Shown here one piece after another: positions 9,380-19,701 of a stretch of 64,000 nucleotides of DNA. This DNA comes from an uncultured delta proteobacterium (GTDB lineage: Bacteria > Desulfobacterota > Binatia > UBA9968), in the NCBI GenBank assembly GCA_963771465.1, contig CAVYTU010000007.1, forward strand, positions 75,223 through 139,222, given 5' to 3'. Numbering within the stretch: the first letter of the stretch is position 1; each line of letters begins with the position of its first letter. A program made the position numbers and the translations under genes. The notes below the pieces were generated by a model. That model was not told the origin of the DNA. It ran no database searches and worked only from the letters and a program-made list of their open reading frames with translations.

Positions 9380-10315
9380 ATGAGTGATTTCTATACGGAT
9401 TGGCTGGAACAGTCTAAGGCCAATGAGAAGGCAGTGGCTGAATCGCCACGATTTACGCGGTCCAAGGATCTCAAATGGGTGCGCACACCGCAGGATTTCA
9501 CGGCGGCGTTGATGATTGCGCCCGAGTTGGGTTTTACCACTGGAGGTAGCTGTATGATGCGGGCGGAGATCCCGGTGGGCTGGCATTCCGGCCAACATCT
9601 CCACGGTGAAGAGGCGATCTATATCGAGAGCGGCGAAGGCTTCATGATTCTCGACGACAAACGTTACGATTTCGGTCCTGGCACCGTAATTCACGTGCCC
9701 TATCGGTCAACCCATCAGCTCTTCAACACCGGCAAGGTTCCGGTTGGCTACATCTCCGGCCTGGCCTGGCATCTCGAAGCCGCGGTTTACATGGGCAAAA
9801 TGGAACAGTTGGAAAAGTGCGGCGAGAACGATGCCAAGGCGATGGCAGCTTTTCCAAAGGAAGAATCTCAGAATTGGCCCGAAGATGGCCGGCGTATCGC
9901 CATGCATCAGAGTCAGCATGTGAAGTCGGATGAGTCAAAACACGGCGCGACCTATTTCTTGATGGGCCGTAGCGGCAAAGACAATGGTTTTAAGGCGACC
10001 GGCGTGGCGATCAGCTCGATCTTCGTCGATCTGCCGCACACCAAGAGCCACAGCCACGCGCATCCCGAAGCCTATCTCTACGCGCTCGAAGGCGACGGTT
10101 ATTCCGAGATCGGCGGCAAACGTTATGACTGGAATCAAGGCGATGCTATCCATGTGCCGCCGGGCATGCTGCACCACCAGCACTTCAATCCCTACGATCG
10201 CGATATGAAGGAGCTGCGCTTCGAGTTCGGCGTGCGCTATTGGTTCGTCGATCAGTACAAAGGCTACGTCACCATCGACAAGCACCTGAAGGCGACGACG
10301 CACATGATCGACTAA
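9380..10315 (+). CDS. bicupin protein (gentisate dioxygenase-like fold)
   Basis: Two cupin motifs: HLHGEEAIYI..G.G and HAHPEAYLY..GDG, each followed by H.HQ.FN; GGAGG RBS. Confidence 0.8.
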   Translation: MSDFYTDWLEQSKANEKAVAESPRFTRSKDLKWVRTPQDFTAALMIAPELGFTTGGSCMMRAEIPVGWHSGQHLHGEEAIYIESGEGFMILDDKRYDFGPGTVIHVPYRSTHQLFNTGKVPVGYISGLAWHLEAAVYMGKMEQLEKCGENDAKAMAAFPKEESQNWPEDGRRIAMHQSQHVKSDESKHGATYFLMGRSGKDNGFKATGVAISSIFVDLPHTKSHSHAHPEAYLYALEGDGYSEIGGKRYDWNQGDAIHVPPGMLHHQHFNPYDRDMKELRFEFGVRYWFVDQYKGYVTIDKHLKATTHMID

Positions 10316-10334
10316 TAGCTTCGCTCATTCGGCT

Positions 10335-10374
10335 AAAAAAGGCGAGCTAACAATTGCGTTAGCTCGCCTTTTTT
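10335..10374. terminator. bidirectional intrinsic terminator
   Basis: aaaaaaggcgagctaac-aattgc-gttagctcgcctttttt between convergent genes. Confidence 0.9.
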
Positions 10375-10404
10375 GTTGGAGCGGATCTTGGGACGGAAGA
10401 TCGC

Positions 10405-12177
10405 TCAGCCGTGATTGCGTCGGTCGCAGACGGAGTCGATGAGCGCGGGTTTGCCTTGCTTGACTTGCTCGATGGCGCGCTTAAGAGCGCCTTTCATATC
10501 GTCGCCATTTTCGATTGGGCCTTCGGCATACCAGCCCATCGATCGCGCCAAACCAGCGAAGTCGGGGTCAGGGCCGTAAAGGTCCATGCCGATGTGCGCG
10601 CGAGTCGGATCTGTCCCGCGGGTTCTGGCCAATACCAATTGGTGGTTCCAATCGTTATAGTAAGCGCGGTTGTTGAACATGACGATGAGCATGGGGATTT
10701 TATATTTGGCGGCGATCCACAATGCTCCGGCGTCGAACATCAAGTCGCCATCCGGTTGTAGATCGACCACGAGCCGTCCGGTTCCCTTGTTCGCCAGTGC
10801 GGCACCCAACGACAAACCGATCTGCGTGCCGGTGCCGAGTTCGCGTCCGGCGTGAGAATAAGGCCGATCGAAATTCCACAGCTTCTTACCCCAACCGCCT
10901 ATGTCTCCCGTGGTGAGCACCCAGTCTTCGCCTTTGATTGCGTCCCACACTTCAAGGGCAAGACGCGGCATGGTCATCGGCTTGGAATCCCAATTCTCCT
11001 GGGCTTGCTTGGCCCACTTGGCGCGGTTTTCGGTGTGGCGCTTGCCGATCGCTTCGGCGCGCTTGGCGATTTTTTCCGCCAGCCCCGGCGTCTTGGCGAT
11101 GCGTTCTTTTAAAAGTTTGGTCAGTTGCGGCGTCGCCGTGACCGGGTCGGCGGTCATGCGTTGCTGGGCATAGTAAGGACGCGCGTAGTCCATCGACCAT
11201 TTGCTGATTTCAATGTCGGTAAAGCCGATGTCGATCCAGGTTGCGTTCGCCTGAACTTTGCTGACGACCGTGCGCGTGGCGATGTCACGCACGTGAGTCG
11301 GCTTCTCGAAATCGGCGATGTCGAGGGTCAAGACAACATCGACGCCGTCGTAGCAGCCGTCAAAGTCCGACGTAAGATTGAGCGGATGATCGTTGGGGAA
11401 ATTAAGCCGCGAGCCGACGTCCCACACCGACGCGCCCAACGTTTCGGCGATCTCCACAACATGATTCCACCCATGGGGCGGACGGGCGGCGAAGTCGGCG
11501 ATGATCGCGACACGATTCGCGGCGGCGAGAGTGTCGGCGGCTTTCGCCAGCGCAATCGGGTCCGGTGATGGCGCCGTAGGTACTATGGCGCTGCCAGCGG
11601 GCGGCATCTCGACATCGTGATCGAGCTGGGCTTCTTGGAGGCCGGCGTCGTAGCACATGTAGATTGGCCCCTGGCGCGCGCTCATCATGACCGAGTAGGC
11701 GCGCGCGAAGGCACCAGGTACGCCGTCGACTGTCGACGGCTGATAATCCCATTTGACGAAATTGCGGATCGCTTCGCCTTGCACGTTGGCGGTGTGAATC
11801 CAATCGATGAAGGGCCGACGCTTCGGTTCCGCGAGCGGCCCAGTGGCGCCCATGATAAAAACCGGCGCGCGATCGAGATAGGAATAATAGACGCCCATGG
11901 GCGCGTGCAGCAAGCCGACTAGGTTGTGCACGATGGCGATCATCGGTTTGCCTTTAACCCGAGCGTAGCCGTGGGCGATCTGCACGGCGATCTTTTCGTG
12001 CTGGCAGAGAATCATCGGCGGGTTGTTCTCGCCGTAATTGACCAGCGAGTCGTGCAAGCCTCGGTAGCTCGCGCCGGGATTGAGCGCGATGTACTCGAAC
12101 TCATACTTTTTGATCATGTCGACGATGACGTCGGACTGCCAACGCTTGTCGGATTTTTTGACTGTCGTATCTGCCAT
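10405..12177 (-). CDS. thiamine diphosphate-dependent enzyme (acetolactate synthase/decarboxylase-like), paralog 1
   Basis: NPGASYRGLHDSLVN, catalytic HE, ThDP motif PDGD...NN. Confidence 0.85.
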   Translation of the reverse strand: MADTTVKKSDKRWQSDVIVDMIKKYEFEYIALNPGASYRGLHDSLVNYGENNPPMILCQHEKIAVQIAHGYARVKGKPMIAIVHNLVGLLHAPMGVYYSYLDRAPVFIMGATGPLAEPKRRPFIDWIHTANVQGEAIRNFVKWDYQPSTVDGVPGAFARAYSVMMSARQGPIYMCYDAGLQEAQLDHDVEMPPAGSAIVPTAPSPDPIALAKAADTLAAANRVAIIADFAARPPHGWNHVVEIAETLGASVWDVGSRLNFPNDHPLNLTSDFDGCYDGVDVVLTLDIADFEKPTHVRDIATRTVVSKVQANATWIDIGFTDIEISKWSMDYARPYYAQQRMTADPVTATPQLTKLLKERIAKTPGLAEKIAKRAEAIGKRHTENRAKWAKQAQENWDSKPMTMPRLALEVWDAIKGEDWVLTTGDIGGWGKKLWNFDRPYSHAGRELGTGTQIGLSLGAALANKGTGRLVVDLQPDGDLMFDAGALWIAAKYKIPMLIVMFNNRAYYNDWNHQLVLARTRGTDPTRAHIGMDLYGPDPDFAGLARSMGWYAEGPIENGDDMKGALKRAIEQVKQGKPALIDSVCDRRNHG

Positions 12178-12215
12178 TCAGATGCCCTCCTTATGTTAGG
12201 TCGATAAATTTACAA

Positions 12216-12298
12216 TTCACCACGAAGGTCGCGTAGGGTACGAAGGGTTCGAATAATTAGTTTCTTCACCTTTGTGCCCTTTGTTATTTCGTCGTGAA
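12216..12298. repeat. CACCACGAAG-type inverted repeat element, degenerate
   Basis: ttcaccacgaaggtcgcgtagggtacgaaggg ... cctttgtgccctttgttatttcgtcgtgaa. Confidence 0.55.
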
Positions 12299-12316
12299 AG
12301 CGAAGCTGTGTACGAT

Positions 12317-14086
12317 CTAGGCATTCTCGCCGCGGCGCCAGACTATCACGTCGACGAGCGATGGCTTGCCGGCTTTAACCTGCGCGATGGCGCGTTTCAG
12401 CGCTGGCGCGATTTCGGCTGGATCTTCGATGGCGCCTTCGGCGTACCAACCCATGCCTTTGGCGATGTGGGCGAAGTCCGGCGGCGGCGCTTCCAAGTCC
12501 ATGCCGATGTAAGCGCGCGCGGGGTCGGTGCCGCGCTGGTGCGCCATGTGAATTTGATGCGCCCAGTCGTTGTAGTAGGCGCGGTTGTTGTACATGACGA
12601 TCAGCATCGGGATGTCGTACTTGATCGGCGTCCAGAGCGCGCCTAAGTCGAACATCAAATCGCCGTCGGGTTGGAGATCGATGACGAGCTTACTGGTTCC
12701 CTTATACGCCAGCGCCGCGCCGATCGACGTGCCGATCTGGGTGCCGGTGCCGAGCTCGCGACCAAGGTGGCGGTAAGGTTTGTCGAAGTCCCATACTTTG
12801 TGCACCCATTCCTTGAGCGTGTTGGCGGTGAGCACCCAGTCTTCATCTTTGATCACCTGCCATATTTCATACGCTAGGCGCGACTCGGTCATGGGCCGCT
12901 CGTTCGCTTCCTTTTTAACTTGCTCCTGCCACTTCTCCCACTGGCGGTTATGCCTTTCGCCGATCGCTTTCTTGCGTTCGTCGATGCGCGTCACCAGCGC
13001 TTTATCGCCAGCGATGCGCTTGCGGATCGCGGCGGTCAACGCGGGAATCGTCAGTGCGCTGTCGCCGAGCACGCGGTGATCCCAGTTGTGATGTTTGTTA
13101 TAGTCGGTGGCCCATTTGCTGATCTCGATGTCGGCCAATCCAACATCGATCCATTTGCAGTCTGGCGTAGTCACCACGGTGATCTCGCGCGTCTGAGTAT
13201 TTAACTTGTGCGAGCCGCGGGTCCAGTCGACGACGTCCAATGCAGCCACCAGATCCACGCCGTTGAAAGCATCGCCATGGAAGCTCACGCTCAATGGGTG
13301 TTTGTTGGGAAAGCCAAGCCGCTTGTTGATATCGTACACTGAAGCGCCGATGGTTTCGGCCAACTCGACGGTCGGCGCATAGCCGATGGGCATGCGCGCG
13401 GCGTATTCGGTCAAGAGCAGCGGATTCTTGGCGGCGACCAGCATGTCGGCGGCTTGCTCGATTGCGGTGCTTTCGGGTGCAACCCGCGACGGCACTTTGA
13501 CGTTGTAGTGCGGCACCGTGACGTTTTCCGTTAGCTTCGCTTCCTGCATCGCCGAGTCGTAGACCATGTAGACCGGCCCTTGCGGTTCGCTCATCATGAT
13601 CGAGTAGGCGCGCGCGAAGGAATCGGGCACGCCGTGAATGCTGCCGGGCTGGTAATCCCATTTGGTAAACTGGCGCACCGCGTCGCCTTGGGCGAAGGCG
13701 GTGTGAATCCAGTCGATGAACGGACGGCGGTATTTCTCGTCCATCGGCCCGGTGGCGCCGATGAGAAATACCGGGCTGCGGTCGATGTAGGCGTAGTAGA
13801 TGCCCATGGGCGCGTGCAAGAGGCCGACGACGTTGTGCACGATGGCGATCATCGGTTTGCCGCTCGCCTTGGCGTAGCCGTGAGCGATCTGCACGGCGAT
13901 CTTTTCGTGATTACACAGCAGCATCGGCGGCTGGTTCTCGCCGTAGTTGACCAACGAGTCGTGCAATCCGCGATAGCTCGCGCCCGGATTGAGCGCGATG
14001 TATGGGAAGCCGTATTGCTTGATCAGATCGACGATGATGTCGGATTGCCAACGTTGGGTGGATTTTTTGATTTCGCTTTCGCTCAT
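12317..14086 (-). CDS. thiamine diphosphate-dependent enzyme, paralog 2
   Basis: Same motifs as 10405-12177; colinear over the full length. Confidence 0.85.
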   Translation of the reverse strand: MSESEIKKSTQRWQSDIIVDLIKQYGFPYIALNPGASYRGLHDSLVNYGENQPPMLLCNHEKIAVQIAHGYAKASGKPMIAIVHNVVGLLHAPMGIYYAYIDRSPVFLIGATGPMDEKYRRPFIDWIHTAFAQGDAVRQFTKWDYQPGSIHGVPDSFARAYSIMMSEPQGPVYMVYDSAMQEAKLTENVTVPHYNVKVPSRVAPESTAIEQAADMLVAAKNPLLLTEYAARMPIGYAPTVELAETIGASVYDINKRLGFPNKHPLSVSFHGDAFNGVDLVAALDVVDWTRGSHKLNTQTREITVVTTPDCKWIDVGLADIEISKWATDYNKHHNWDHRVLGDSALTIPALTAAIRKRIAGDKALVTRIDERKKAIGERHNRQWEKWQEQVKKEANERPMTESRLAYEIWQVIKDEDWVLTANTLKEWVHKVWDFDKPYRHLGRELGTGTQIGTSIGAALAYKGTSKLVIDLQPDGDLMFDLGALWTPIKYDIPMLIVMYNNRAYYNDWAHQIHMAHQRGTDPARAYIGMDLEAPPPDFAHIAKGMGWYAEGAIEDPAEIAPALKRAIAQVKAGKPSLVDVIVWRRGENA

Positions 14087-14408
14087 GCTGATTTGCTCCC
14101 TCGTGCCAACATTAAGAGCGGCAACGCCGCTCCGCCATTCCTTATGTCAGAAAACCCGCCGCGAGTCATCATGGGCGGACATCTTTTGTTATCTGGGAAA
14201 TAGCGAGGTCGTCAAGGGGTTTGATTGCGCCGTGGCTTGATTGTGCCGCCAGCGCGCCGCCCTGTCCGATCCAGTTCGATCGTCAAGCTAACGATGAAGC
14301 GAGTGCGAGTAATTGATTTTTTTCAATGGCTGTGGATTACTGACGCCAACCTCATGTGCGTTCTGCTTACGACGACGACCTGCGATAATTGATTTTGTCT
14401 GCGCGTCA

Positions 14409-16004
14409 ATGCAAGGCTCTTCAAGCAAATCCCCAATGGGCGTGCCGCAGCAGTTAATTTCTCGCGGCGTTTGTGCCGCAGCGTTGGCTTTAACGCTGAT
14501 CGGCGCCGGTATACTCACCGTTGCCACTCACTCGGGGATTGGCATTTACACCGATTCGATCGTCTATATCGGCGCGGCGCGAAGTTTCCTCGCCGGCGAT
14601 GGTTTTCAGTATCTGACCGATATCGGCCAGTTCTCTCCAATCACTCAATATCCACCCGGTTATCCGTGGCTCATCGCAGCGTTTGCGTGGATGGGGTTAG
14701 ACCCGCTCGATAGTGCGCGCTGGATCAGCATCTTTTTCTGCGCCGGCAATTCACTGCTCATCGCGTATATCGTACTTTGCGCAACGGCATCTTTTGGCGC
14801 AATGCTTCTGGCAGTGTTTCTTTCTTTCGCCGCCTTCCCGATGGTCTATATCAATTCGCAGGCGCTATCCGAACCGCCATTTATTTTTTTGATACTATTG
14901 GGCTACTGTTTCTTAGCGCGCTATTTGCGAGAATCTCACGCCGCATCGATTTACTGGTTTGCTCTGGCTATCGGGTTGAGTTGTCTGGTGCGCTATGTCG
15001 GCATCGCCTTCGGCATGACCGGTGCCGCGGTGATTCTATTTCACGGCCGAGATGATTGGCGCAAGCGATTTGTCGATGCCACAACCTTCTCCATATTGTC
15101 GGCGATTCCCATTGTTGTTTGGGTTGTCAGGAACTACTTGTTGGCGGGCAACGCGGTCAATCGGACCTTCGGTTTTCATCTGCCGACGCTGGCGGATTTA
15201 TTGCCTTCGATGGACACCGTCGCTTACTGGCTATTGCCGACGAGCATTGTTGACAATGCGCCGTGGCCTTCGCGCTTGTTTATCGTGCTCGTGTTGATGC
15301 TTTTCTGCGGCCTGGCGAGAAAGGTGGATTTGTCTCGGTCGTGGTATCCGCGCTTGATGATTTATTGCGTGGTCGGCTACGGCTCGTTCTTGTTTGTTTC
15401 CTTTTCATTTAACGATCAGCCGCTCTTTTTCGATACTCGCACTCTGGCGCTGCCCTATGTCGCGGCGATGATTGTCGCGCTGACAATCATGACGGAGTGG
15501 TTAAGAATAAATCGCTCGATGGGAAAATCCTGGCGCTGGTTTGGCTTCGATTGTGTGATCATCGTAGTGCTCGTGCTCCAGCTGATCAACGGGGTCGTGT
15601 GGCTGCGCCATAGTTACTTGGGCGGGATCGGCTTCGCTTCCGAAACATGGCGCCATTCCGAACTTATCCATTTCGCCAAGAATGCGCCGCAGTCCACCCC
15701 GATCGTCAGCAACGCTCCCGATTTCATTTATACCCTGACCGGTAGACGCACCGCCATGATTCCTTACAAAGCTGATCCGGACACCCGTCAACCCAATCAG
15801 CAATTCACCAAGGCAATAGCAGTCATGCACGAGCAGTTGAAGCAGCCCAACGCAGTGTTTGTCTACTTCAACGATGAAGATCGACTATGGTATTTGCCGT
15901 CGATCAAAGAGCTGGAAAGCGCTATTCCGCTGTACGCTGTTAAGACCGCGAAGGATGGAACGATCTACGGTCTAAAGAGTTCCGAGACGGCATCCGCGCG
16001 CTAG
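14409..16004 (+). CDS. GT-C fold (ArnT/PMT-like) membrane glycosyltransferase
   Basis: DS..Y...A, YPPGYP, LSEP.F, RYVG motifs; about 12 TM helices; start uncertain (14313-14437). Confidence 0.7.
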   Translation: MQGSSSKSPMGVPQQLISRGVCAAALALTLIGAGILTVATHSGIGIYTDSIVYIGAARSFLAGDGFQYLTDIGQFSPITQYPPGYPWLIAAFAWMGLDPLDSARWISIFFCAGNSLLIAYIVLCATASFGAMLLAVFLSFAAFPMVYINSQALSEPPFIFLILLGYCFLARYLRESHAASIYWFALAIGLSCLVRYVGIAFGMTGAAVILFHGRDDWRKRFVDATTFSILSAIPIVVWVVRNYLLAGNAVNRTFGFHLPTLADLLPSMDTVAYWLLPTSIVDNAPWPSRLFIVLVLMLFCGLARKVDLSRSWYPRLMIYCVVGYGSFLFVSFSFNDQPLFFDTRTLALPYVAAMIVALTIMTEWLRINRSMGKSWRWFGFDCVIIVVLVLQLINGVVWLRHSYLGGIGFASETWRHSELIHFAKNAPQSTPIVSNAPDFIYTLTGRRTAMIPYKADPDTRQPNQQFTKAIAVMHEQLKQPNAVFVYFNDEDRLWYLPSIKELESAIPLYAVKTAKDGTIYGLKSSETASAR

Positions 16005-16227
16005 AATTGAAGGCTATTGCCGGGACGATCTTTTTTCACCAGTCTGCCAAGCGATCGGTGGCAACATTGTAAGTTTCTTAGGGAATCTGTGATGTTAGAC
16101 GTTTCAGCCATAATTGGGGAATTCCACTGAGCGAAAATCCGATGGAAAATGAATTATTTAAATCCAGTAAACCTTTGGCCGGCGCGCAAGTCTAATTTTG
16201 TAGAGGCTATTAAACCAAGGAGGTATC

Positions 16228-16533
16228 ATGAAACTCTCAAAAAACGCGCTGTTAGGTGCACTCGTCATTGGCGGATTGTTTGCCGTAACGGCGCCGGCAT
16301 CTGCGGATTACAGACATGGTCGTTACTATAACAATCGGACAGAAATTCGAAATGACCGGCGCGAGTTATTCAACGATCGTCGTGAGTTGCGTCGTGACTT
16401 GCGCAATGGCGCAAGCCGCGCCGAAATCGCGCAGGATCGTCGCGAAATCCGCGATGATCTGCGAGAACTACGACAAGATAATCGGGGTTGGCGCTATGAC
16501 CGCTGGGGCCATCGTACATGGTGGGGCTGGTAA
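16228..16533 (+). CDS. small secreted Arg/Asp-rich heptad-repeat protein
   Basis: AGGAGG RBS; signal peptide ending ASA; repeats (E)IRNDRR/ELFNDRR/EIAQDRR/EIRDDLR. Confidence 0.8.
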   Translation: MKLSKNALLGALVIGGLFAVTAPASADYRHGRYYNNRTEIRNDRRELFNDRRELRRDLRNGASRAEIAQDRREIRDDLRELRQDNRGWRYDRWGHRTWWGW

Positions 16534-16600
16534 ATGCTGATAATGTCGAGACGATTTACCATCAAGCGACACTTTCTCAGCTAAGTTCAAGGTGATCGAA

Positions 16601-16632
16601 TCGGGGGTGCCGGCACTGTCTGGCACCCCCGA
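16601..16632 (+). terminator. strong hairpin, likely terminator
   Basis: tcgggggtgcc...ggcacccccga between convergent genes. Confidence 0.65.
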
Positions 16633-16761
16633 CTGATTCTGTTCATTTCCCTTTCATTCAACGATGCGCCGCATTATTTCGATCCTCGCACCAGAGCGTT
16701 GCCTTACGCTGCGGCAATGACCGATTACGGATCAGCGAAAGTTTCCTCACCGCCATACTCA

Positions 16762-18204
16762 TCAGTACGATTTTGGCCATGACTCCGGCGTAGGTATCTG
16801 CTTCTCCTTGGAACTGACGCTGGAAAAGTAGATCCATCCTGCCAGTAATCGCAGGGTTGATGACAAGCCGAACAATAGCGCTAACGTAAGCAAAAATATC
16901 GCGAAGGCTTTTTCAGTTTCCACGGTCGCAGATGGCACTATCGTCGCGAACCCTAACCCCGCGGTAGCACTCATCATCTGGCTGTAGAGAGTGGCCGCAA
17001 AGCCGTAAGGCAGCGCCTGGTCGACAGCGAGAAATATTCTGCAAAGCATCGGCTCCTCACGAAGCGACCACACGGTATGCATCATCGGATAGAATGAAAG
17101 GCAAGCAACAGATACGGCGTACCAAATGTAATGGCCTTGATGGAAAAGCGATCCGTGCCACGCCGGCAGCAGCACCATGGGTACAGCAAACGTCAGGGAT
17201 AATATCGTAAGCGTCCATTTTCTAATCGTGCTGTTATTCAATAGGATTGCTGAAATAGTCAAAACTAGTGTCCCGGTAACCATGATGCCTGCCATTATTT
17301 CAATGAGCGAAACCTGTGTATCCAGCCAGATTTCTGCTCCTGAAATCAGAGTGCCTGCAACGTCGAAAACGCTCGCCGGAGAAACACTGAAGTATCCAAA
17401 TTGATTTAGGACCTGCCAAACAATGGTCAAAAGTATAATAAGGAGCGTGGCCGTCCAGAACGACGCTCCGTCTCTGCGGCGTAGATCGGCAACGAGAATC
17501 TCTCTGTACGAAGCTGCGCTGTGATCGATACCAGATATATTTAACCAGTTAACCACAAAGAGAAGGAATGCCAGAACAGATGCCGCGACATAATGCCTCA
17601 CTACATTATCATTTGCGGAAACCACGACCCAGTTATCCAGCCAAACTGACAATGCCAATACGAGTGAAATAAACAAAGCTCGATGGCAAGCAAGGCCCAT
17701 GGATTCCGAAACGCTCCTTCGCCACTCTAACCGCAACAGATGTCTGGTACACAAAAAGTGATAGCAAACTCCTAGAGCTACTGCCGGGATCGTCATTGTC
17801 CAAATAAAGAAATACCGATCACCTTGTTGGCCGGGGGCCACAAAAAGCAGCAGAACCAAAGCCCACCAGATGATGAACGGTGTCCACTGTCCGATTCGAA
17901 GTAGCGAAATCGACGCCGATGCTAGTTTGGAATTCTGCGCAATTAGGTAGCCAAGCATGGCTCCAATCGATCCGCCGGGCAAACAGGAAAGCCCAAATAA
18001 GATGGCGATGTTGCACAACCCGTATCGCAGCTTGTCTCCGCCCCAAGTTTCGGGAAAACTTATCCAACGAACGGCGTTAGGGTCTTCAGGCGACGGTCTC
18101 GTGTAAATTAATAGCAATGCAAAAAATAGTGCAAGAATTGGAAGTGAGAGCGCTCTTGTCAGACTGATGGTGTCGCCTTGTGCGTCGTCAAGCTGTTCGG
18201 TCAT
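16762..18204 (-). CDS. divergent tandem ABC permease-like (NitT/TauT-type) membrane protein
   Basis: Two half-repeats with permease-like segments (SPASVF...IWLDTQVSL.EI..G; MMSATAGLGF); AT-richer than flanks; start uncertain. Confidence 0.5.
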   Translation of the reverse strand: MTEQLDDAQGDTISLTRALSLPILALFFALLLIYTRPSPEDPNAVRWISFPETWGGDKLRYGLCNIAILFGLSCLPGGSIGAMLGYLIAQNSKLASASISLLRIGQWTPFIIWWALVLLLFVAPGQQGDRYFFIWTMTIPAVALGVCYHFLCTRHLLRLEWRRSVSESMGLACHRALFISLVLALSVWLDNWVVVSANDNVVRHYVAASVLAFLLFVVNWLNISGIDHSAASYREILVADLRRRDGASFWTATLLIILLTIVWQVLNQFGYFSVSPASVFDVAGTLISGAEIWLDTQVSLIEIMAGIMVTGTLVLTISAILLNNSTIRKWTLTILSLTFAVPMVLLPAWHGSLFHQGHYIWYAVSVACLSFYPMMHTVWSLREEPMLCRIFLAVDQALPYGFAATLYSQMMSATAGLGFATIVPSATVETEKAFAIFLLTLALLFGLSSTLRLLAGWIYFSSVSSKEKQIPTPESWPKSY

Positions 18205-18236
18205 GGTCCGCTGCCATTTAGGTGCACACAGAGTCC

Positions 18237-19664
18237 TTAGTGGTTTATCACCGTCATCAAGTCGCAAGCATTCGCCAATCTAGCAACGGACCAAGCGGCT
18301 TCAATTAACTGTGATTGGCGGCCTCCGTCCAAAACCCCTTCGCAGCAAGACCGCACCTTTGCTTCCAAATCAGCATCGTTCAGTGGATTTTCCGGGCCGC
18401 CGCGATAGCGTTCGTCGGCCCAGCCTTCGACTTGTTTGCCGTTCGTCAACTGGATGGCGATGCGCGAGCGCATTTTGTCGAAGCCGAGTTTTTCGATTTC
18501 CGGATCGAGTTCGGTTGTGATGCGCTTTTGCATCGCTTGCATGGGCGCGGCGGCGACGAACCCGTCGGAAAATTCTTTCTTGCCAGCTTTGCGCGCCAGT
18601 GCGATCATCGCCAGCGCGGCGGGCAGAGAAAACTTTGCTTGCAAGTGATTGGCCGCGATCGGATAGCGAATCGGGTTGAGAATGTTGGTGCCGGCGAAGA
18701 CTCTCACTGTCTCGATGTCGTCCGGCTTCACGTCATGTTCACTGACAAGCTTCAACATTAGATCGATGGTTGGATGCGTGAGCACGCCGCAGGGATACGG
18801 TTTGATCGATACGCCGGGTTCGGCGATCGTCCAGGTCTTGCCGAACCCTTGGAAAATCTTATCCGCGCTGACGCCGCCGCCTTGAACCGCAAAAAATCCC
18901 CACGGGCCGTCGAGGGCGTCAGGATCGGCGGTGAAACCGCGCGCCGCGAGCAGCGCGGCGGTGACGCCGTTCTCCGCGGCACGGCCGACGTGGAGCGGCT
19001 TGGTCATGGTGCCGAAATTACAACGGATGCCAGCGGCCATGCTGGCGGCGATGCCAAAGCCGCTGCGCAACTTCTCGCCATTTAATTGCAGCAGCTTCGC
19101 AGCCGCTGCGAACGCGCCAAAAGTTCCCACCGTGGCGCTGGAGTGCAAGCCTCGCAAATAGTGCTGGGGCAACATCCACTCGGAGATTTTGCACTCGACT
19201 TCGAAGCCGGTGAGAAAGGCGAGCATGAAAGTTTTGCCATCGATGCCGCCGACTTTCTGCGCCATCACCAAAGCGCTGCTCAATGGCGGAATCGTCGGAT
19301 GAGTTAACAAGCCGTAGACGTGCGCCGGATCGATGCTCACCTGACTATCGTCCCAATCATGAGCGTGGCCGGCGGTGCCGAGCACGCGCGCGGCCATCGG
19401 CGCCGGCACTTTAGTTTTGCCGCGGCTTAGCAACAGCGCGTCCAGCCGCCCGCCGATTTCAGCCGCTTCGTCGACGAGCAACTGTACCGTCTGTTCCTCA
19501 GAACCCGCGACAAAGAGCCCGAGGCCGTCGAGCAAGCAGCGTGTGCCGATGCGCAGCGCTTCAGCGGGAATCGCCTTGAGTGTTACGTTCTCGACGAAAG
19601 CAGCTGCCGCGGCAGTGGTTTTCAAGCCGTACGGTACGGACGCGTAAGGATTTTGCTCGGCCAT
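18237..19664 (-). CDS. MmgE/PrpD family protein
   Basis: LLDGLG, GTAGHAHDWDD, HP, GTMTKPLHVG.AA, KPYPCG..HP, AKFS, GGPENPL. Confidence 0.92.
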   Translation of the reverse strand: MAEQNPYASVPYGLKTTAAAAAFVENVTLKAIPAEALRIGTRCLLDGLGLFVAGSEEQTVQLLVDEAAEIGGRLDALLLSRGKTKVPAPMAARVLGTAGHAHDWDDSQVSIDPAHVYGLLTHPTIPPLSSALVMAQKVGGIDGKTFMLAFLTGFEVECKISEWMLPQHYLRGLHSSATVGTFGAFAAAAKLLQLNGEKLRSGFGIAASMAAGIRCNFGTMTKPLHVGRAAENGVTAALLAARGFTADPDALDGPWGFFAVQGGGVSADKIFQGFGKTWTIAEPGVSIKPYPCGVLTHPTIDLMLKLVSEHDVKPDDIETVRVFAGTNILNPIRYPIAANHLQAKFSLPAALAMIALARKAGKKEFSDGFVAAAPMQAMQKRITTELDPEIEKLGFDKMRSRIAIQLTNGKQVEGWADERYRGGPENPLNDADLEAKVRSCCEGVLDGGRQSQLIEAAWSVARLANACDLMTVINH

Positions 19665-19701
19665 GGCGAATTAACTTTCTGCGATGAGTAATGTTTGACA
19701 A

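Noticed and set aside
14090-14200. TPP riboswitch upstream of the ThDP enzymes
   Set aside because: Only simple hairpins; the conserved CUGAGA core was not seen
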